Position numbers and translations under genes: made by a program. From IMG/VR virus record IMGVR_UViG_3300035698_009252, positions 32,001 through 96,000 of that record: 64,000 bases of DNA; one strand, written 5' to 3'. Positions 41,567 to 51,423 of this stretch are shown here, in pieces (position 1 is the first letter of the stretch; each line of letters begins with the position of its first letter). The DNA comes from a virus. The notes below the pieces were generated by a model that worked only from the letters and a program-made list of their open reading frames with translations, had not been told where the DNA came from and did no database searches.

Positions 41567-41956
41567 TCAGCTCACATAGGCTGTCACGTCGTACCGGTCC
41601 AGCGGGTCATCGACACTACCGGCCCCCGCCGCAATTACGACTCCGTACAGCACGGTACGACGGCCCTTTTCATTATTGAAATACACTTCGAACTTCCACG
41701 TCTTGCTCTCGGGGACCCCGTCCCGGTTATTGGTATAGAAGTTGTCCGTCATCGCCCAGTCGAATGCGGCAGAATCCAGGGTCTTCCAAATCTGGTTAAC
41801 CCAGCGCCAATCGGTATCCCGGAGAAGCCCCTTTGGAGAGTTACGATGAATCACCTTGTTCACCTCGCGCCGGGCCTTGACATTCTTCATACCGGTGAGG
41901 GAGTTCTCATCTTCGGCCAGGTTCTCGGCGATTCTTATGATTCGTTTTAGGTCCAT
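41567..41956 (-). CDS. leader-family protein (short variant leader)
   Basis: MDLKRIIRIAENLA; TGATG coupling. Confidence 0.7.
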   Translation of the reverse strand: MDLKRIIRIAENLAEDENSLTGMKNVKARREVNKVIHRNSPKGLLRDTDWRWVNQIWKTLDSAAFDWAMTDNFYTNNRDGVPESKTWKFEVYFNNEKGRRTVLYGVVIAAGAGSVDDPLDRYDVTAYVS

Positions 41957-42855
41957 CAGTGCCCCCATCCCAGTGCTGTTTGATATTTCGGCTTTCCGTC
42001 CCACAGGGTAGCGTGGGCATATGAATTGATACGAACCGAGTTGCCAGGACTCACGCGCTTTCTCATTTTCGGGCCAGTGAATTTGCCAGGAGCCGCTGAG
42101 ACATAAGCGGCACCTCTCTCCTCCTTGACAATCTTGGACCCTATTTCCCGGATAATCACGCTCTTTTCGCCCGCCTCGACGACCTCGTAGAAATCGATAT
42201 TGGTCTGGTCATAGCCCCACGAGGTGTACAAAATCGAGCCCACCACCAACCCGTGCTTGAATTCGTTCCGTTCCTTCTGGCGCTTCTGCTTGTCCTTGAG
42301 CCGCCCCTGGCGCTGCTCAATAGTCTCATTCACCTTCTTTTCAAACCGGTTCATATCCCGGAACCGGAAATGCCACAAGGGTTTCTGTGCCCGGCCCTGG
42401 AACGCAACACCGTAAAGATTGCCGTTCTGCTCATAGCTCCACGCCTCAATGTCCACGTCCGAGGGTATTTTAACTTCCTGGATGTTCTGATGGCGTGCCG
42501 GATTCGGACGATAGAACTCCCGCTTTTGAACCATCCGAAGTGCGGTCCTCTCTCTGGAGGAAGCAAAATACACCCTGCGAATGTCTTTCAGGAGCCTCCG
42601 AACCTTCTCCGGGGTCACGCTGTTCAGTCTCCCCGCGTCAATTGTGTAATCGTCACCGTCGAACAAGTCCCAGCGGCCACTGTCCTTCTCGATGAATACA
42701 CGCATCCCCTTCTGCCTGCGACTGATATACTCAAGGCCGTTACCCGCGTCCATGTTCGCCCATGCCCGGCTCACATCAAAATCGGGGTCACCACGACGAG
42801 CCATCAAGTCCTTCGCTACGGCCACCAACTCTTTTGCCACTGCTTTCACATTCAT
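41956..42855 (-). CDS. leader-family protein, multi-domain
   Basis: MNVKAVAKELVAVAKDLMA; C-terminal SWGYDQTNIDFYEVV domain. Confidence 0.8.
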   Translation of the reverse strand: MNVKAVAKELVAVAKDLMARRGDPDFDVSRAWANMDAGNGLEYISRRQKGMRVFIEKDSGRWDLFDGDDYTIDAGRLNSVTPEKVRRLLKDIRRVYFASSRERTALRMVQKREFYRPNPARHQNIQEVKIPSDVDIEAWSYEQNGNLYGVAFQGRAQKPLWHFRFRDMNRFEKKVNETIEQRQGRLKDKQKRQKERNEFKHGLVVGSILYTSWGYDQTNIDFYEVVEAGEKSVIIREIGSKIVKEERGAAYVSAAPGKFTGPKMRKRVSPGNSVRINSYAHATLWDGKPKYQTALGWGH

Positions 42856-42862
42856 AGTTCTC

Positions 42863-43273
42863 TTACCTTACGTTGTAATCGGCTTCTTTGGTCTCTTCCG
42901 AAAACGACTTGAGTTTGTACTTGGGGCTGTACTTCGTCTGCAAACGGGGCAATAGCTTATCCGCGTTTGCCTGGGTCCCGGCAATCACCTTCAACTTAGC
43001 CGATGTCACAAACCGACTGCCACGGTACTGTCCCAGGGAAATCTTCAGTTCGACGACCCTTATGCCACTGGCCGTTAAATCGTCCGTTAGGGCCTTTGTG
43101 ATGTCCACAACGGCCTGGTCTTCCCACTGGTTCTTGAGTTTCTTGGCCTTCAGGCGAATATCGAAAAAGACGCCCGCAAACAAATCGGTTGGGCGCTCTT
43201 TCGAGAAAAAGAACGAGGCAGCAACAGCCTCTGTGGCCGCGACTTGCCTCGTTATCCTTTTGATTCTCTCCAT
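42863..43273 (-). CDS. hypothetical protein (variant leader)
   Basis: MERIKRITRQVAA; follows promoter motif copy 2. Confidence 0.7.
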   Translation of the reverse strand: MERIKRITRQVAATEAVAASFFFSKERPTDLFAGVFFDIRLKAKKLKNQWEDQAVVDITKALTDDLTASGIRVVELKISLGQYRGSRFVTSAKLKVIAGTQANADKLLPRLQTKYSPKYKLKSFSEETKEADYNVR

Positions 43274-43283
43274 GATGGTGTCT

Positions 43284-43309
43284 CCACCTATAGAGAGAAT
43301 ATCAATGAA
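43284..43309 (-). promoter_or_regulatory. conserved phage promoter-like motif, copy 2
   Basis: TTCATTGATAT-N7-ATAGGTGG. Confidence 0.7.
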
Positions 43310-43339
43310 TTATCACACCACGGAGCACATCACGCGAAG

Positions 43340-43990
43340 CTACCCAGCAAATCGATTGCCCTTAGATGAGTTGTCCTTCAACCACAAGGGTTGAAGATTT
43401 TCCAATGCCCAGCACTCTCGGAACTGCTCATCATCTGGATTCTGCATGGAGAACCAACTTTTCGGCACAACATGGTCAACCTGCCACCCTTGCTTGCCTC
43501 CATAATTGTCCCAACTCATGCCATCCGAGAACTGCCCCTTCAAGTGGGCCATTAGCTCTTCCAATGTAAAATCGACCAGCTCTTCCCAATGACGACCGCC
43601 TTTGGAACTCCCGCCGTTTAGATGGTCACGCAAAGAATACCACACCTGGAAACCCACCCGCCGGGAGATTCGGATGCCTGGCTTACTCGTATATCGGCGA
43701 GAGGCGGCTGCTTGCAGTTCACGAGTCCGTGGCCGCTTCCCGTACTCCTTCGCATACACCCGTTGCCGGGCATTCCTCCGTTTTCGGAACTCCGGGTCGG
43801 CAGCATTCTTTCGATAACGAGCTAAAGCAGAAGCCTTCCGGGCCTCCTTGTTCTCCTGGTAACTCTGTTTACAATGCGCCTTGGCACAATCTCGACACCA
43901 GTTGAACAAGCCATCTTTGGCCTTACTATCCTTGCCGAACTCAGATACTACATCCTTCGGATGACCACATTTGGTACACCGTTTTTCCAT
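43340..43990 (-). CDS. HNH homing endonuclease-like protein
   Basis: N-terminal CxxC...CxxC; MSWDNYG..WQVDHVVP...NLQPLWLKDNSSKGN. Confidence 0.85.
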   Translation of the reverse strand: MEKRCTKCGHPKDVVSEFGKDSKAKDGLFNWCRDCAKAHCKQSYQENKEARKASALARYRKNAADPEFRKRRNARQRVYAKEYGKRPRTRELQAAASRRYTSKPGIRISRRVGFQVWYSLRDHLNGGSSKGGRHWEELVDFTLEELMAHLKGQFSDGMSWDNYGGKQGWQVDHVVPKSWFSMQNPDDEQFRECWALENLQPLWLKDNSSKGNRFAG

Positions 43991-43999
43991 AATATGCCT

Positions 44000-44025
44000 C
44001 CATCTATGGTCGGCATATCAAAGAA
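44000..44025 (-). promoter_or_regulatory. conserved phage promoter-like motif, copy 3
   Basis: TTCTTTGATAT-N7-ATAGATGG. Confidence 0.7.
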
Positions 44026-44028
44026 AAC

Positions 44029-44364
44029 TCAGTGAAAGCACATGAGACAGGCGGAGGGCATCAATAGTATCCATGAGACCACGGCGAAGCACATGCTCTT
44101 CAAACTACGAATGCTACTCACGAACTTCTGAGCCTTGACCGTCCCGGCACCGCCGAAAAACTGGGTTTTGGCGTGCCGGATATGTTCTTCGCGCATTTCG
44201 AAGACAAACACAACCTTCCGGTTTCCATTCGGGGACTGACCCGTCTCAGTCGTTACGAGAGGGAAATCCAGCGAGCACAAATAGGCCGCAAAATAAATGT
44301 CCGAAGTCCTATAGAGCTTCTTTTTAGCCTCAGACGCCCCGGACGTCTCCGTTTCCGTAGTCAT
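44029..44364 (-). CDS. DUF5659-like small protein
   Basis: YRTSDIYFAAYL...KVVFVFE...SIRSLKS. Confidence 0.6.
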   Translation of the reverse strand: MTTETETSGASEAKKKLYRTSDIYFAAYLCSLDFPLVTTETGQSPNGNRKVVFVFEMREEHIRHAKTQFFGGAGTVKAQKFVSSIRSLKSMCFAVVSWILLMPSACLMCFH

Positions 44365-44490
44365 GCCGCCGCCTCCCTTACCTGTTCGATTTCGTATTGC
44401 CATCTGTGAGAGAGTCAGAACGAACAGTGATGACATTTCCGCAACTCCCGAATCTTTGGCCTGTAAGGTCATTGAATCTGGCTTTTCTTT

Positions 44491-44778
44491 TCACTTGGCC
44501 TCCCTCACATCGCCGCCGCCGTAATCGTAAGCCACGGTTTCCACTGGGGCTTTGCGCCCCTTCATCCGTTTTGCTGCCTTCGCGTTGCCATTCCGCATGG
44601 ATTCTCCGAAGGTACTTTTCCGGTTAATACCACCGTCAATCGCTAAAGCGAACGCGCTGAAAACGCGGGAGGCTCGGCCCCCGCACTTGCCACATTTGAC
44701 AGTGCGGGGAGCCTCACCCATACGAAACGGCTTTTCTGCTCGCGTTTCGCAACCGTTGCACTCGAACTCGTACAGCAT
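44491..44778 (-). CDS. FmdB-like zinc-ribbon protein
   Basis: MLYEFECNGC...CGKCGG.ASRVFS. Confidence 0.75.
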   Translation of the reverse strand: MLYEFECNGCETRAEKPFRMGEAPRTVKCGKCGGRASRVFSAFALAIDGGINRKSTFGESMRNGNAKAAKRMKGRKAPVETVAYDYGGGDVREAK

Positions 44779-44781
44779 GGC

Positions 44782-45906
44782 TTACTCCGAGGCTACGGCT
44801 GTTCTGGTCACCTTCGTTGCCGTTTTGGCCTTGTTTTTCGACCCTCTCGGCCTACCCCTGCCCCGTCGAGGCGCTACTGCCGTTTTCCCGCCCGATTCGA
44901 GCTTTTCAAGGCGAGCCATAACAGCAGCCATGCCACCCTTCAACTCATCGTTCTCGGCCCGTAGAACGGCATTCTCGGCCTCTACAGCCACCTGAGCCCC
45001 TGCTTCCTTGGCCATGTCCGCCTCAAGGGCTTCCACGTCCGCATCTGACACAGTTGTGCCGGAAACGGCGAGCTGGGTTTCCCCAACGATTGAGGACGCG
45101 TCCGTGCCGCCAAGGACTTCCGTTGCCGCTTGCAGCTCTGGCGGGATGTCCTGGTCGATGACAGCCGCCGCCGTGGTGCCATCGGGGACTTCCACACCGG
45201 CCCGCTTGCGTGTCATTTCGACGTGCTTCTTGCGAACCTCGGCCTCGGCCCGCTTGCTTTCGGCATTGGCATCGGCTTCTTCCCGACTGGGAAGGTGTTG
45301 TCCCGCGTTCATGGGGATTTCGCTCCTGCCCACTCCCATACCAAGGCTGTCGTCATGGACCACCGGCATCGCCGCTCTCTGGCGCTTGAGAGCGACACGC
45401 TCGGCCATCGAAGCCATGTCGGTCTTGTCTGCCAAGTCGGCAAGCCTTTCCTCGACAGTCTCGTCGCCCTTGATGACTTCCATGGTCCTGTTGGCCGTCC
45501 GAGCACGGGCATCTGCACGCGAGGCTTCCTTTTCGGCCTGGTGGACCTTAGAGACTTGCGTATGGCGGATGTCAATGACCGGGTGGTCCGATGAATCATC
45601 CTGAACGATAGGCAAATCGTTGTTGGAACGACGAGGAGGGGCGTCCACAATCGTAGGAGCAATGCCTTTGACTTCGTCAAGCATCTCCGGCGAATATGGT
45701 ACAACCCAAGGGTCATCCGGGGTTTTCAGGGCTTGACGCTGGAGGATTTCCAGGTCACGGGTATCGTCGAACTTGCGTCCGTCGACGATGAGGATACCAC
45801 GCTCCTCATCGAGTTCAAGGACAGTCCCTCTTCCGAAGGTCTCCTTGATGTATCCGAGGTGCATTTGACTCGGAATAGTTAGAATCCATTTCGAATTCAT
45901 ATCCAT
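44782..45906 (-). CDS. hypothetical protein with acidic linker and basic C-tail
   Basis: 374 aa; AT-hook-like RGRGRPRG near the C-terminus. Confidence 0.7.
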   Translation of the reverse strand: MDMNSKWILTIPSQMHLGYIKETFGRGTVLELDEERGILIVDGRKFDDTRDLEILQRQALKTPDDPWVVPYSPEMLDEVKGIAPTIVDAPPRRSNNDLPIVQDDSSDHPVIDIRHTQVSKVHQAEKEASRADARARTANRTMEVIKGDETVEERLADLADKTDMASMAERVALKRQRAAMPVVHDDSLGMGVGRSEIPMNAGQHLPSREEADANAESKRAEAEVRKKHVEMTRKRAGVEVPDGTTAAAVIDQDIPPELQAATEVLGGTDASSIVGETQLAVSGTTVSDADVEALEADMAKEAGAQVAVEAENAVLRAENDELKGGMAAVMARLEKLESGGKTAVAPRRGRGRPRGSKNKAKTATKVTRTAVASE

Positions 45907-45978
45907 CTCCTCTATATGGTGTTATATTTCCAGGCTTTTCGCCTGACTCCCAGCGCACCATGCGCCGAAATCTCTCTA

Positions 45979-46539
45979 TCAACCGAGTTTTCCGGCCAAC
46001 TCAACAAGCATGCCATATTCAACCGGGTCTCGGAAAGCATCTTTTCCATCTTTTATGAGGGCCTTGACACGGTCCTTTACTGCATCCGCGCAGCCCTCGT
46101 AAAAGTATTTCTTCTGTTTGTCTATGGCGTCAAAAAGGTCATCATCCCCCAGCAAGGAATAGAGGGCGTCGCTAGGGTCGGTCTTCAAGCTGCTGGGCTC
46201 ATCACCCTGCCGCATGTTGTTGACCATCTTGACGATTTTATCAACGTCCCTGGAGTTGTTCGGTAACGCCCATGTCCCAGCAACTCGCGTGCTTCCCAAT
46301 TTCCCGTTCCAGGGATGGCGTATCTTCAATCGTTTCATTCCGACGCCGACGGCATCTTTAAGGTCAATGATATTACGGATGCCGCTCATCTCAGAGATAT
46401 ACCGTATCAGGCGGTCTCCGTCCCGACGGGATATACCCAAGTCAGTGACATATCTCTCAATCTGGCCCTCCGTAATACCGGACGAGACGAGAGCTTCGGC
46501 AACGGTTATCAGCCGCTTTGCTATCTTCTGGCTATCCAT
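45979..46539 (-). CDS. leader-family protein
   Basis: MDSQKIAKRLITVAEALVS. Confidence 0.75.
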   Translation of the reverse strand: MDSQKIAKRLITVAEALVSSGITEGQIERYVTDLGISRRDGDRLIRYISEMSGIRNIIDLKDAVGVGMKRLKIRHPWNGKLGSTRVAGTWALPNNSRDVDKIVKMVNNMRQGDEPSSLKTDPSDALYSLLGDDDLFDAIDKQKKYFYEGCADAVKDRVKALIKDGKDAFRDPVEYGMLVELAGKLG

Positions 46540-46604
46540 TTCGTTTCCCTTACAGACCAGGGCCAAGGCCAGAAAATATCCTGGCCCAGCCCATCGCCGT
46601 CAAG

Positions 46605-47018
46605 TTACGGAATTGTCACAATAGAACCACCAACGCCACCGAAGTTCGCGCCCGTGCCGTACCGGCGATTGCCTGTTGCGGCAATCAGGGTGTCGGACAA
46701 CGTCTTCTCTGCGTCCGTCATGGGGATTTTGTCGAGGTCCCGACCTACAGCTCCCAGCATCTCCACCAGGACGTACGTCGGCTCGCTGTCGATGTCCCCC
46801 TGATAACTTGAAGCGGCTGCCGTTACGCTCTTCTTGTTGAACGTCGTTTCTAACCATGACCGCGTACCCGTCTGAGTCTGCGGGTTCCAGATGGCCTTCA
46901 GGAACGTCTTGACTGCTGCCAATTCGACTCCCGTGGGCTCTGTGATTCTTGCATTGCGGGCAATGTTCCATACCCACCGTGAATACTGCCACCAACTACC
47001 TGTCGTGCTACCGGCCAT
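46605..47018 (-). CDS. hypothetical protein
   Basis: AAAGGAGG RBS; 137 aa. Confidence 0.7.
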   Translation of the reverse strand: MAGSTTGSWWQYSRWVWNIARNARITEPTGVELAAVKTFLKAIWNPQTQTGTRSWLETTFNKKSVTAAASSYQGDIDSEPTYVLVEMLGAVGRDLDKIPMTDAEKTLSDTLIAATGNRRYGTGANFGGVGGSIVTIP

Positions 47019-47137
47019 GACTGGCCTCCTTTCGCTTTTCTGCTCTTAGAGGTCTCGCAAGCGATAACCTCAACATGGTCGCGTTAGTGCTCCATGCCGA
47101 CCCGTATGAGCATAGGGTCAAATCCATCTGACTTCCC

Positions 47138-47416
47138 TTATTGAAATGTGTCCGGGTCCTTGAACGCATCAATGGTCTGACGCACTTCATTCGCCGTCCC
47201 CATGTTCACATCGGACGGGTCTGCGTCATCCATCTCCCGAACCAACGCTTCGCGGGCCTGCATCATCGCCTTAAACGGTTTGTCGGCCTTGGTCAGATAG
47301 TCCTGGTAATCCGTCCAGGCTTCATCTGCCTTCTTCAAGGCACGCACCAAGCCACCGGCTGCCGCAAGTTCTCTTGCCACGGCCACTAACTCTCTTGCTA
47401 TACGCGCATCGTTCAT
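47138..47416 (-). CDS. leader-family protein
   Basis: MNDARIARELVAVARELAA. Confidence 0.8.
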   Translation of the reverse strand: MNDARIARELVAVARELAAAGGLVRALKKADEAWTDYQDYLTKADKPFKAMMQAREALVREMDDADPSDVNMGTANEVRQTIDAFKDPDTFQ

Positions 47417-47423
47417 ATCGAGT

Positions 47424-47642
47424 CTACATCTGGCTCAAAGCCCTTGCGATGTCCTTTTCCAGCCTAACCACCTTACGGTTTCTCATCTTCCTCGGGACAC
47501 CCCCGAGGGCTTTGAGGATATCGCTCTTCAATTCTTCTTGGACTTCAGGAGACAAGTCTCCGATTCCTCCTGCAAGCCGCTCGGCAGCCGTCAAGTCCTT
47601 CGCTACGGCCACTAACTCCCGAGCTATACGTGCGTCGTTCAT
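47424..47642 (-). CDS. leader-family protein
   Basis: MNDARIARELVAVAKDLTA. Confidence 0.8.
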   Translation of the reverse strand: MNDARIARELVAVAKDLTAAERLAGGIGDLSPEVQEELKSDILKALGGVPRKMRNRKVVRLEKDIARALSQM

Positions 47643-47864
47643 TTACCATTCCAGAGAGTTGTTCTTAACGGTTAAAGTCCGTGGCTTGACGTCCTCGATG
47701 GCCTTCGTCCTGCTCTTCTTTATCCACCACTTGCCCTTGTACTTGAACCGCTGGCCACTTCTCAGGTCCGGCCATGACGGACGGCCCCGGTCCATCTGAG
47801 GAGCCTTCGCCGTCAAGTCCTTGGCCACTGCTACCAGCTCGCGTGCTATACGTTGATTATCCAT
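47643..47864 (-). CDS. leader-family protein
   Basis: MDNQRIARELVAVAKDLTA. Confidence 0.8.
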   Translation of the reverse strand: MDNQRIARELVAVAKDLTAKAPQMDRGRPSWPDLRSGQRFKYKGKWWIKKSRTKAIEDVKPRTLTVKNNSLEW

Positions 47865-48118
47865 CAGGAAACCTCACTATTAAATCTTATGTGCAACTTG
47901 CTTTGTATCGCGTCGAGGTAATTCGTGGCGTCCAATCGGCCATGAAACTCATCCGCCATGTCAATCTCCCGGCCATAAACATCATAATCTATACCATCCT
48001 CGTCCAACAAGTCTGTCACCTTCTTCAGGTCCATTGTAGACCGGACACGAATCGTGATGGATGCCGTCAGCTTGCGTGCCACGGCTACCAATTCGCGTGC
48101 TATCTGTTGCCTGTTCAT
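47864..48118 (-). CDS. leader-family protein
   Basis: MNRQQIARELVAVARKLTA. Confidence 0.8.
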   Translation of the reverse strand: MNRQQIARELVAVARKLTASITIRVRSTMDLKKVTDLLDEDGIDYDVYGREIDMADEFHGRLDATNYLDAIQSKLHIRFNSEVS

Positions 48119-48480
48119 GACCTCCGATAGATGACGCTCAATGCCGCATTGAGTTCTTCGTCGCTTCCGTTAAATCCATTGGAGACGACGAACAGAGTCT
48201 TTTTCTTCATGTCGATGCGTGCCCGGTCATCGTAAATACGGCGCTGCTGGAACTTCCCGACAATTTCCGGCATCGCTCGAAGAATCTTTATGGCATCTTT
48301 CGCAGCCAATTCCTCCAGCTCGTCGGCAGCGTCCTGTACGAAAAAGAGGTGACCCTTCTCCACAGGCACCCGCGTCTCCCAGACGATGTTGCCATAAGAG
48401 ATGTATCTTTTCACAGAGGACAGCGCCGTCAACTCTCGGGCTGCTGCGACCAACTCTCTGGCTATCTGCTGGTTTTTCAT
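48115..48480 (-). CDS. leader-family protein
   Basis: MKNQQIARELVAAARELTA. Confidence 0.8.
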   Translation of the reverse strand: MKNQQIARELVAAARELTALSSVKRYISYGNIVWETRVPVEKGHLFFVQDAADELEELAAKDAIKILRAMPEIVGKFQQRRIYDDRARIDMKKKTLFVVSNGFNGSDEELNAALSVIYRRS

Positions 48481-49073
48481 AGAAGAAACTTCCTCTCATC
48501 CCTGATGTAGCTGCGAAGCTCTCTATCCGAGATGCTCATCTCTTCAATCTCTTCCGCGAGAAAATCATCGTTCTTGACGATACGAAGAATGGCCGAATCG
48601 CTTTTGTTCTTGTTCATCATAACGATTGCACCAAAGACACCCGTAGCATCGCCACTGAAACTGCCCATGCTGCTCGCTATCCTCTCGTAGTCGTGCTCAC
48701 CCGCCTCTGCCTTGCCCATTTTCACAACGGCATCTGCGGGGACCGCCGCGTACTTACCTATCTTCAACCACTTCTGGCGTTTTCCCGATACCTTGAACTT
48801 GCTGCCGATAGGAATATCCCTCCACTGCTTCTGCATCTTCGGGGGACCCTTTCGGGAAGCTTCTAGTCGGCGAATCTTGGAGTCACTGTAACCGATTTTC
48901 TTCAGGAACGCTCGGGCCTCGTCCTTGTTCATTCCACCCATGACGTTGGCCATGGCATCGTTCATCTTGAGCGTCTTGAGGGCGATAGCCCTCTGGTGAC
49001 GCTCCGGGACAGACAAAGCCGTAAGCTCTCTTGCGACTGCCACCAACTCGCGTGCTATCGCTTGCCTATCCAC
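48477..49073 (-). CDS. leader-family protein
   Basis: GTG start, (M)DRQAIARELVAVARELTA. Confidence 0.8.
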   Translation of the reverse strand: MDRQAIARELVAVARELTALSVPERHQRAIALKTLKMNDAMANVMGGMNKDEARAFLKKIGYSDSKIRRLEASRKGPPKMQKQWRDIPIGSKFKVSGKRQKWLKIGKYAAVPADAVVKMGKAEAGEHDYERIASSMGSFSGDATGVFGAIVMMNKNKSDSAILRIVKNDDFLAEEIEEMSISDRELRSYIRDERKFLL

Positions 49074-49074
49074 G

Positions 49075-49332
49075 TCAGTATGCCTTCCTGGCCTTTTTAA
49101 GCCCCTCAAGGAGCCCATCCATCAAGGGTGGCATGAATTCGTTGACCCAGAGTTCGCCGGTCGGATTGAGACGGTCGTCATCAGACAGTTTGGCCGACTT
49201 CTTGAGAAGCTCGGTATGCAGCTTTACGGCAAGTTTCTCGCCATACTGGCGTGCCACCTTGTGCCAGAGGTCTTCGGCGGTCAACTCTTTTGCGGCTGCC
49301 ACCAGTTCTTGAGCTACTTGCTGTCTGTCCAT
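49075..49332 (-). CDS. leader-family protein
   Basis: MDRQQVAQELVAAAKELTA. Confidence 0.8.
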   Translation of the reverse strand: MDRQQVAQELVAAAKELTAEDLWHKVARQYGEKLAVKLHTELLKKSAKLSDDDRLNPTGELWVNEFMPPLMDGLLEGLKKARKAY

Positions 49333-49347
49333 AACATCCATCTCCTC

Positions 49348-49373
49348 CTACCTATGACGGCTGTATCAAAGAA
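49348..49373 (-). promoter_or_regulatory. conserved phage promoter-like motif, copy 4
   Basis: TTCTTTGATAC-N7-ATAGGTAG. Confidence 0.7.
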
Positions 49374-49384
49374 TAAATGCCCAT

Positions 49385-49855
49385 TTACGAGAGCAAATCG
49401 ATTTCCATCACGCCACGAGAACGCGCCACGGCTACGGCCTTTGCCTTCGCCTGTGCATAGTTGCCAGAGAAGAACACCTCATCACCATCGATGTTGAAAG
49501 CCCATGAACCATAGCCACGTGGCCTCTTGCCGTAACTGTTTTCGAATTGCTGGGTATTGACCCGGACTCCGGCAACCCTGGACCGGTCCGAGACTCGGGA
49601 GGCTTTGTCACGCCCCTGCCACGATGTAAGCCGTTTCTTGGCTTCTTTTTCAACCTTGGCAAGCATCTCCTCTACGATTCTGGCATCTCCCCGCAGAATT
49701 TCATCTTCCCCGGCCAATTCCCATATCACACCTCGAAGGGCACGCAAGACCAGGTCAACGCGCCCATTGGCCTTGTTTACAAGTTTACGGGCGTCAGCTA
49801 CACCAATCCCCGCAGAGAGGTTTCGGGCAATTGTGGCTATGCGTTCTTCATTCAT
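49385..49855 (-). CDS. leader-family protein (variant leader)
   Basis: MNEERIATIARNLSA. Confidence 0.7.
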   Translation of the reverse strand: MNEERIATIARNLSAGIGVADARKLVNKANGRVDLVLRALRGVIWELAGEDEILRGDARIVEEMLAKVEKEAKKRLTSWQGRDKASRVSDRSRVAGVRVNTQQFENSYGKRPRGYGSWAFNIDGDEVFFSGNYAQAKAKAVAVARSRGVMEIDLLS

Positions 49856-50559
49856 AGCTGTTTCTCAATATCCGCCAAGGTCTTGTCCAGGCCCTGAGCC
49901 GATTCAATCATCTCCTTGAGATTTTCCCTGGCCCGGTCAATGGCACTGCCAACATCCCTGCCATTCTTCAGCATCCCCAAGGCTGCCATCGTGATGTCGA
50001 ACGTGATGTTGTACGACTTGTGAACTTCCTTAAGGAGAAGCTCGGCAGCCCGGATATCGCCCGGCGGTACATTCGCAACGAGTTCCCAGAAATTGAATTC
50101 GCCTTCGTTCAAGACGCGCTCTCCACGGGTGCCCCGAATCTCCCAAATGCCGTCATCATACTTGCGAAGAACAATCCATGAACCCCATTCGGGGTGTTGC
50201 TTGTTCCTGATGATAACCCGTTCTTTCACGTTCTTCGTAGTCAAATCTTCGGCCACAAGCTGCCGCGCTACTGCCAAAAGCCTGCGTGCTACCTTGTCAT
50301 TGGCTGTCATGGGGCTTCCTTTCTCGTATCCCAAACGGTCCAACATCTTCACTATCTCCCGTGTCGTACCGAACAAGCCATACCACGTCCACATGTGGTA
50401 AGCACCCCCATTCCGGCGCTTACGGCCCTTGTAAAAGTATTCCTCAGTCGTCCCGACACTGTCTTCCACCTCGTCCAGGTCTTTCGAGATGTTAGTCGGG
50501 CTTTCGTCCCCTGTGGCCCAAATCACCAGGCCATTGGCTTTTATGTAGTAACCCTTCAT
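49852..50559 (-). CDS. protein with an internal leader copy
   Basis: Internal NDKVARRLLAVARQLVA; start placed at MKGYY. Confidence 0.7.
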   Translation of the reverse strand: MKGYYIKANGLVIWATGDESPTNISKDLDEVEDSVGTTEEYFYKGRKRRNGGAYHMWTWYGLFGTTREIVKMLDRLGYEKGSPMTANDKVARRLLAVARQLVAEDLTTKNVKERVIIRNKQHPEWGSWIVLRKYDDGIWEIRGTRGERVLNEGEFNFWELVANVPPGDIRAAELLLKEVHKSYNITFDITMAALGMLKNGRDVGSAIDRARENLKEMIESAQGLDKTLADIEKQL

Positions 50560-50572
50560 CTCATTAACCTCA

Positions 50573-51028
50573 TTATCGTTGCGGCGGGACAATAATTGTA
50601 ATCTTATCTCGGGGCCTAAGCCCGAGGCCCTGGACAACACGCTCCATGTCTCCGACTCGAATCACGAGTCTTTGTTCGGACTGGATTGTCAATCGGTTCG
50701 ATTCCAGTAGTGAAATTTTTCGGGTGCTCTCGTTGAATACGGCAAGTTGTTCCTTCTGCTCCATCGTCTGCCCATAATGCCCTAACGAGAAACTACGAGT
50801 TCCACTGATAGGCGGGACCCGTTCAACCCAATCCCCACGCTGTCCCGACCAGGAAAACAGATGGCCCCGTTCGGAACGAATGACTGTTCCCTTTAGGAAT
50901 CTCATATACCACGAGCCGAAACCAATCCTGAAATCCTTCACCGCCAGGAAATGGCCCAATGGCAATTCTGCCGCCACAAGTTCCCTTGCAACCGTCACCA
51001 GTTCCTTTACTATTCCCTGGTTGTCCAT
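50573..51028 (-). CDS. leader-family protein
   Basis: MDNQGIVKELVTVARELVA. Confidence 0.8.
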   Translation of the reverse strand: MDNQGIVKELVTVARELVAAELPLGHFLAVKDFRIGFGSWYMRFLKGTVIRSERGHLFSWSGQRGDWVERVPPISGTRSFSLGHYGQTMEQKEQLAVFNESTRKISLLESNRLTIQSEQRLVIRVGDMERVVQGLGLRPRDKITIIVPPQR

Positions 51029-51423
51029 TACCTTCTCCAGAAGCCCGCTCTCTTGCCAATAGCATCCAGCGCCCTATAAATGTCCTTTGGGCTTGGTATG
51101 TCTTCGTTAAATTTCTTACGGACGTTACGTATGATGCTGCCGTTGACCCATCCATCCACCGAAATAAACCATGGCTTGTTGACCGGCTTGAACAGGCTTA
51201 TGCGAACCTGGACGCCGTCCTTGCCACCCGCGCTATCCAGAATAAACCGAACACCACCAACGAACTTCTCTGGCCTCTCTATGACATACCCACGCGACTT
51301 GGCTTCAACCAGAAAATGCGTTGCTCCATCCACGAAGGCATCCATCCACTCGTCGGAAACAAGCCCGGCCATCAAGTCCCTTGCCACGGCCACTAATTCC
51401 CTAGCTATCTTGCGGTTGTCCAT
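51028..51423 (-). CDS. leader-family protein
   Basis: MDNRKIARELVAVARDLMA. Confidence 0.8.
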   Translation of the reverse strand: MDNRKIARELVAVARDLMAGLVSDEWMDAFVDGATHFLVEAKSRGYVIERPEKFVGGVRFILDSAGGKDGVQVRISLFKPVNKPWFISVDGWVNGSIIRNVRKKFNEDIPSPKDIYRALDAIGKRAGFWRR

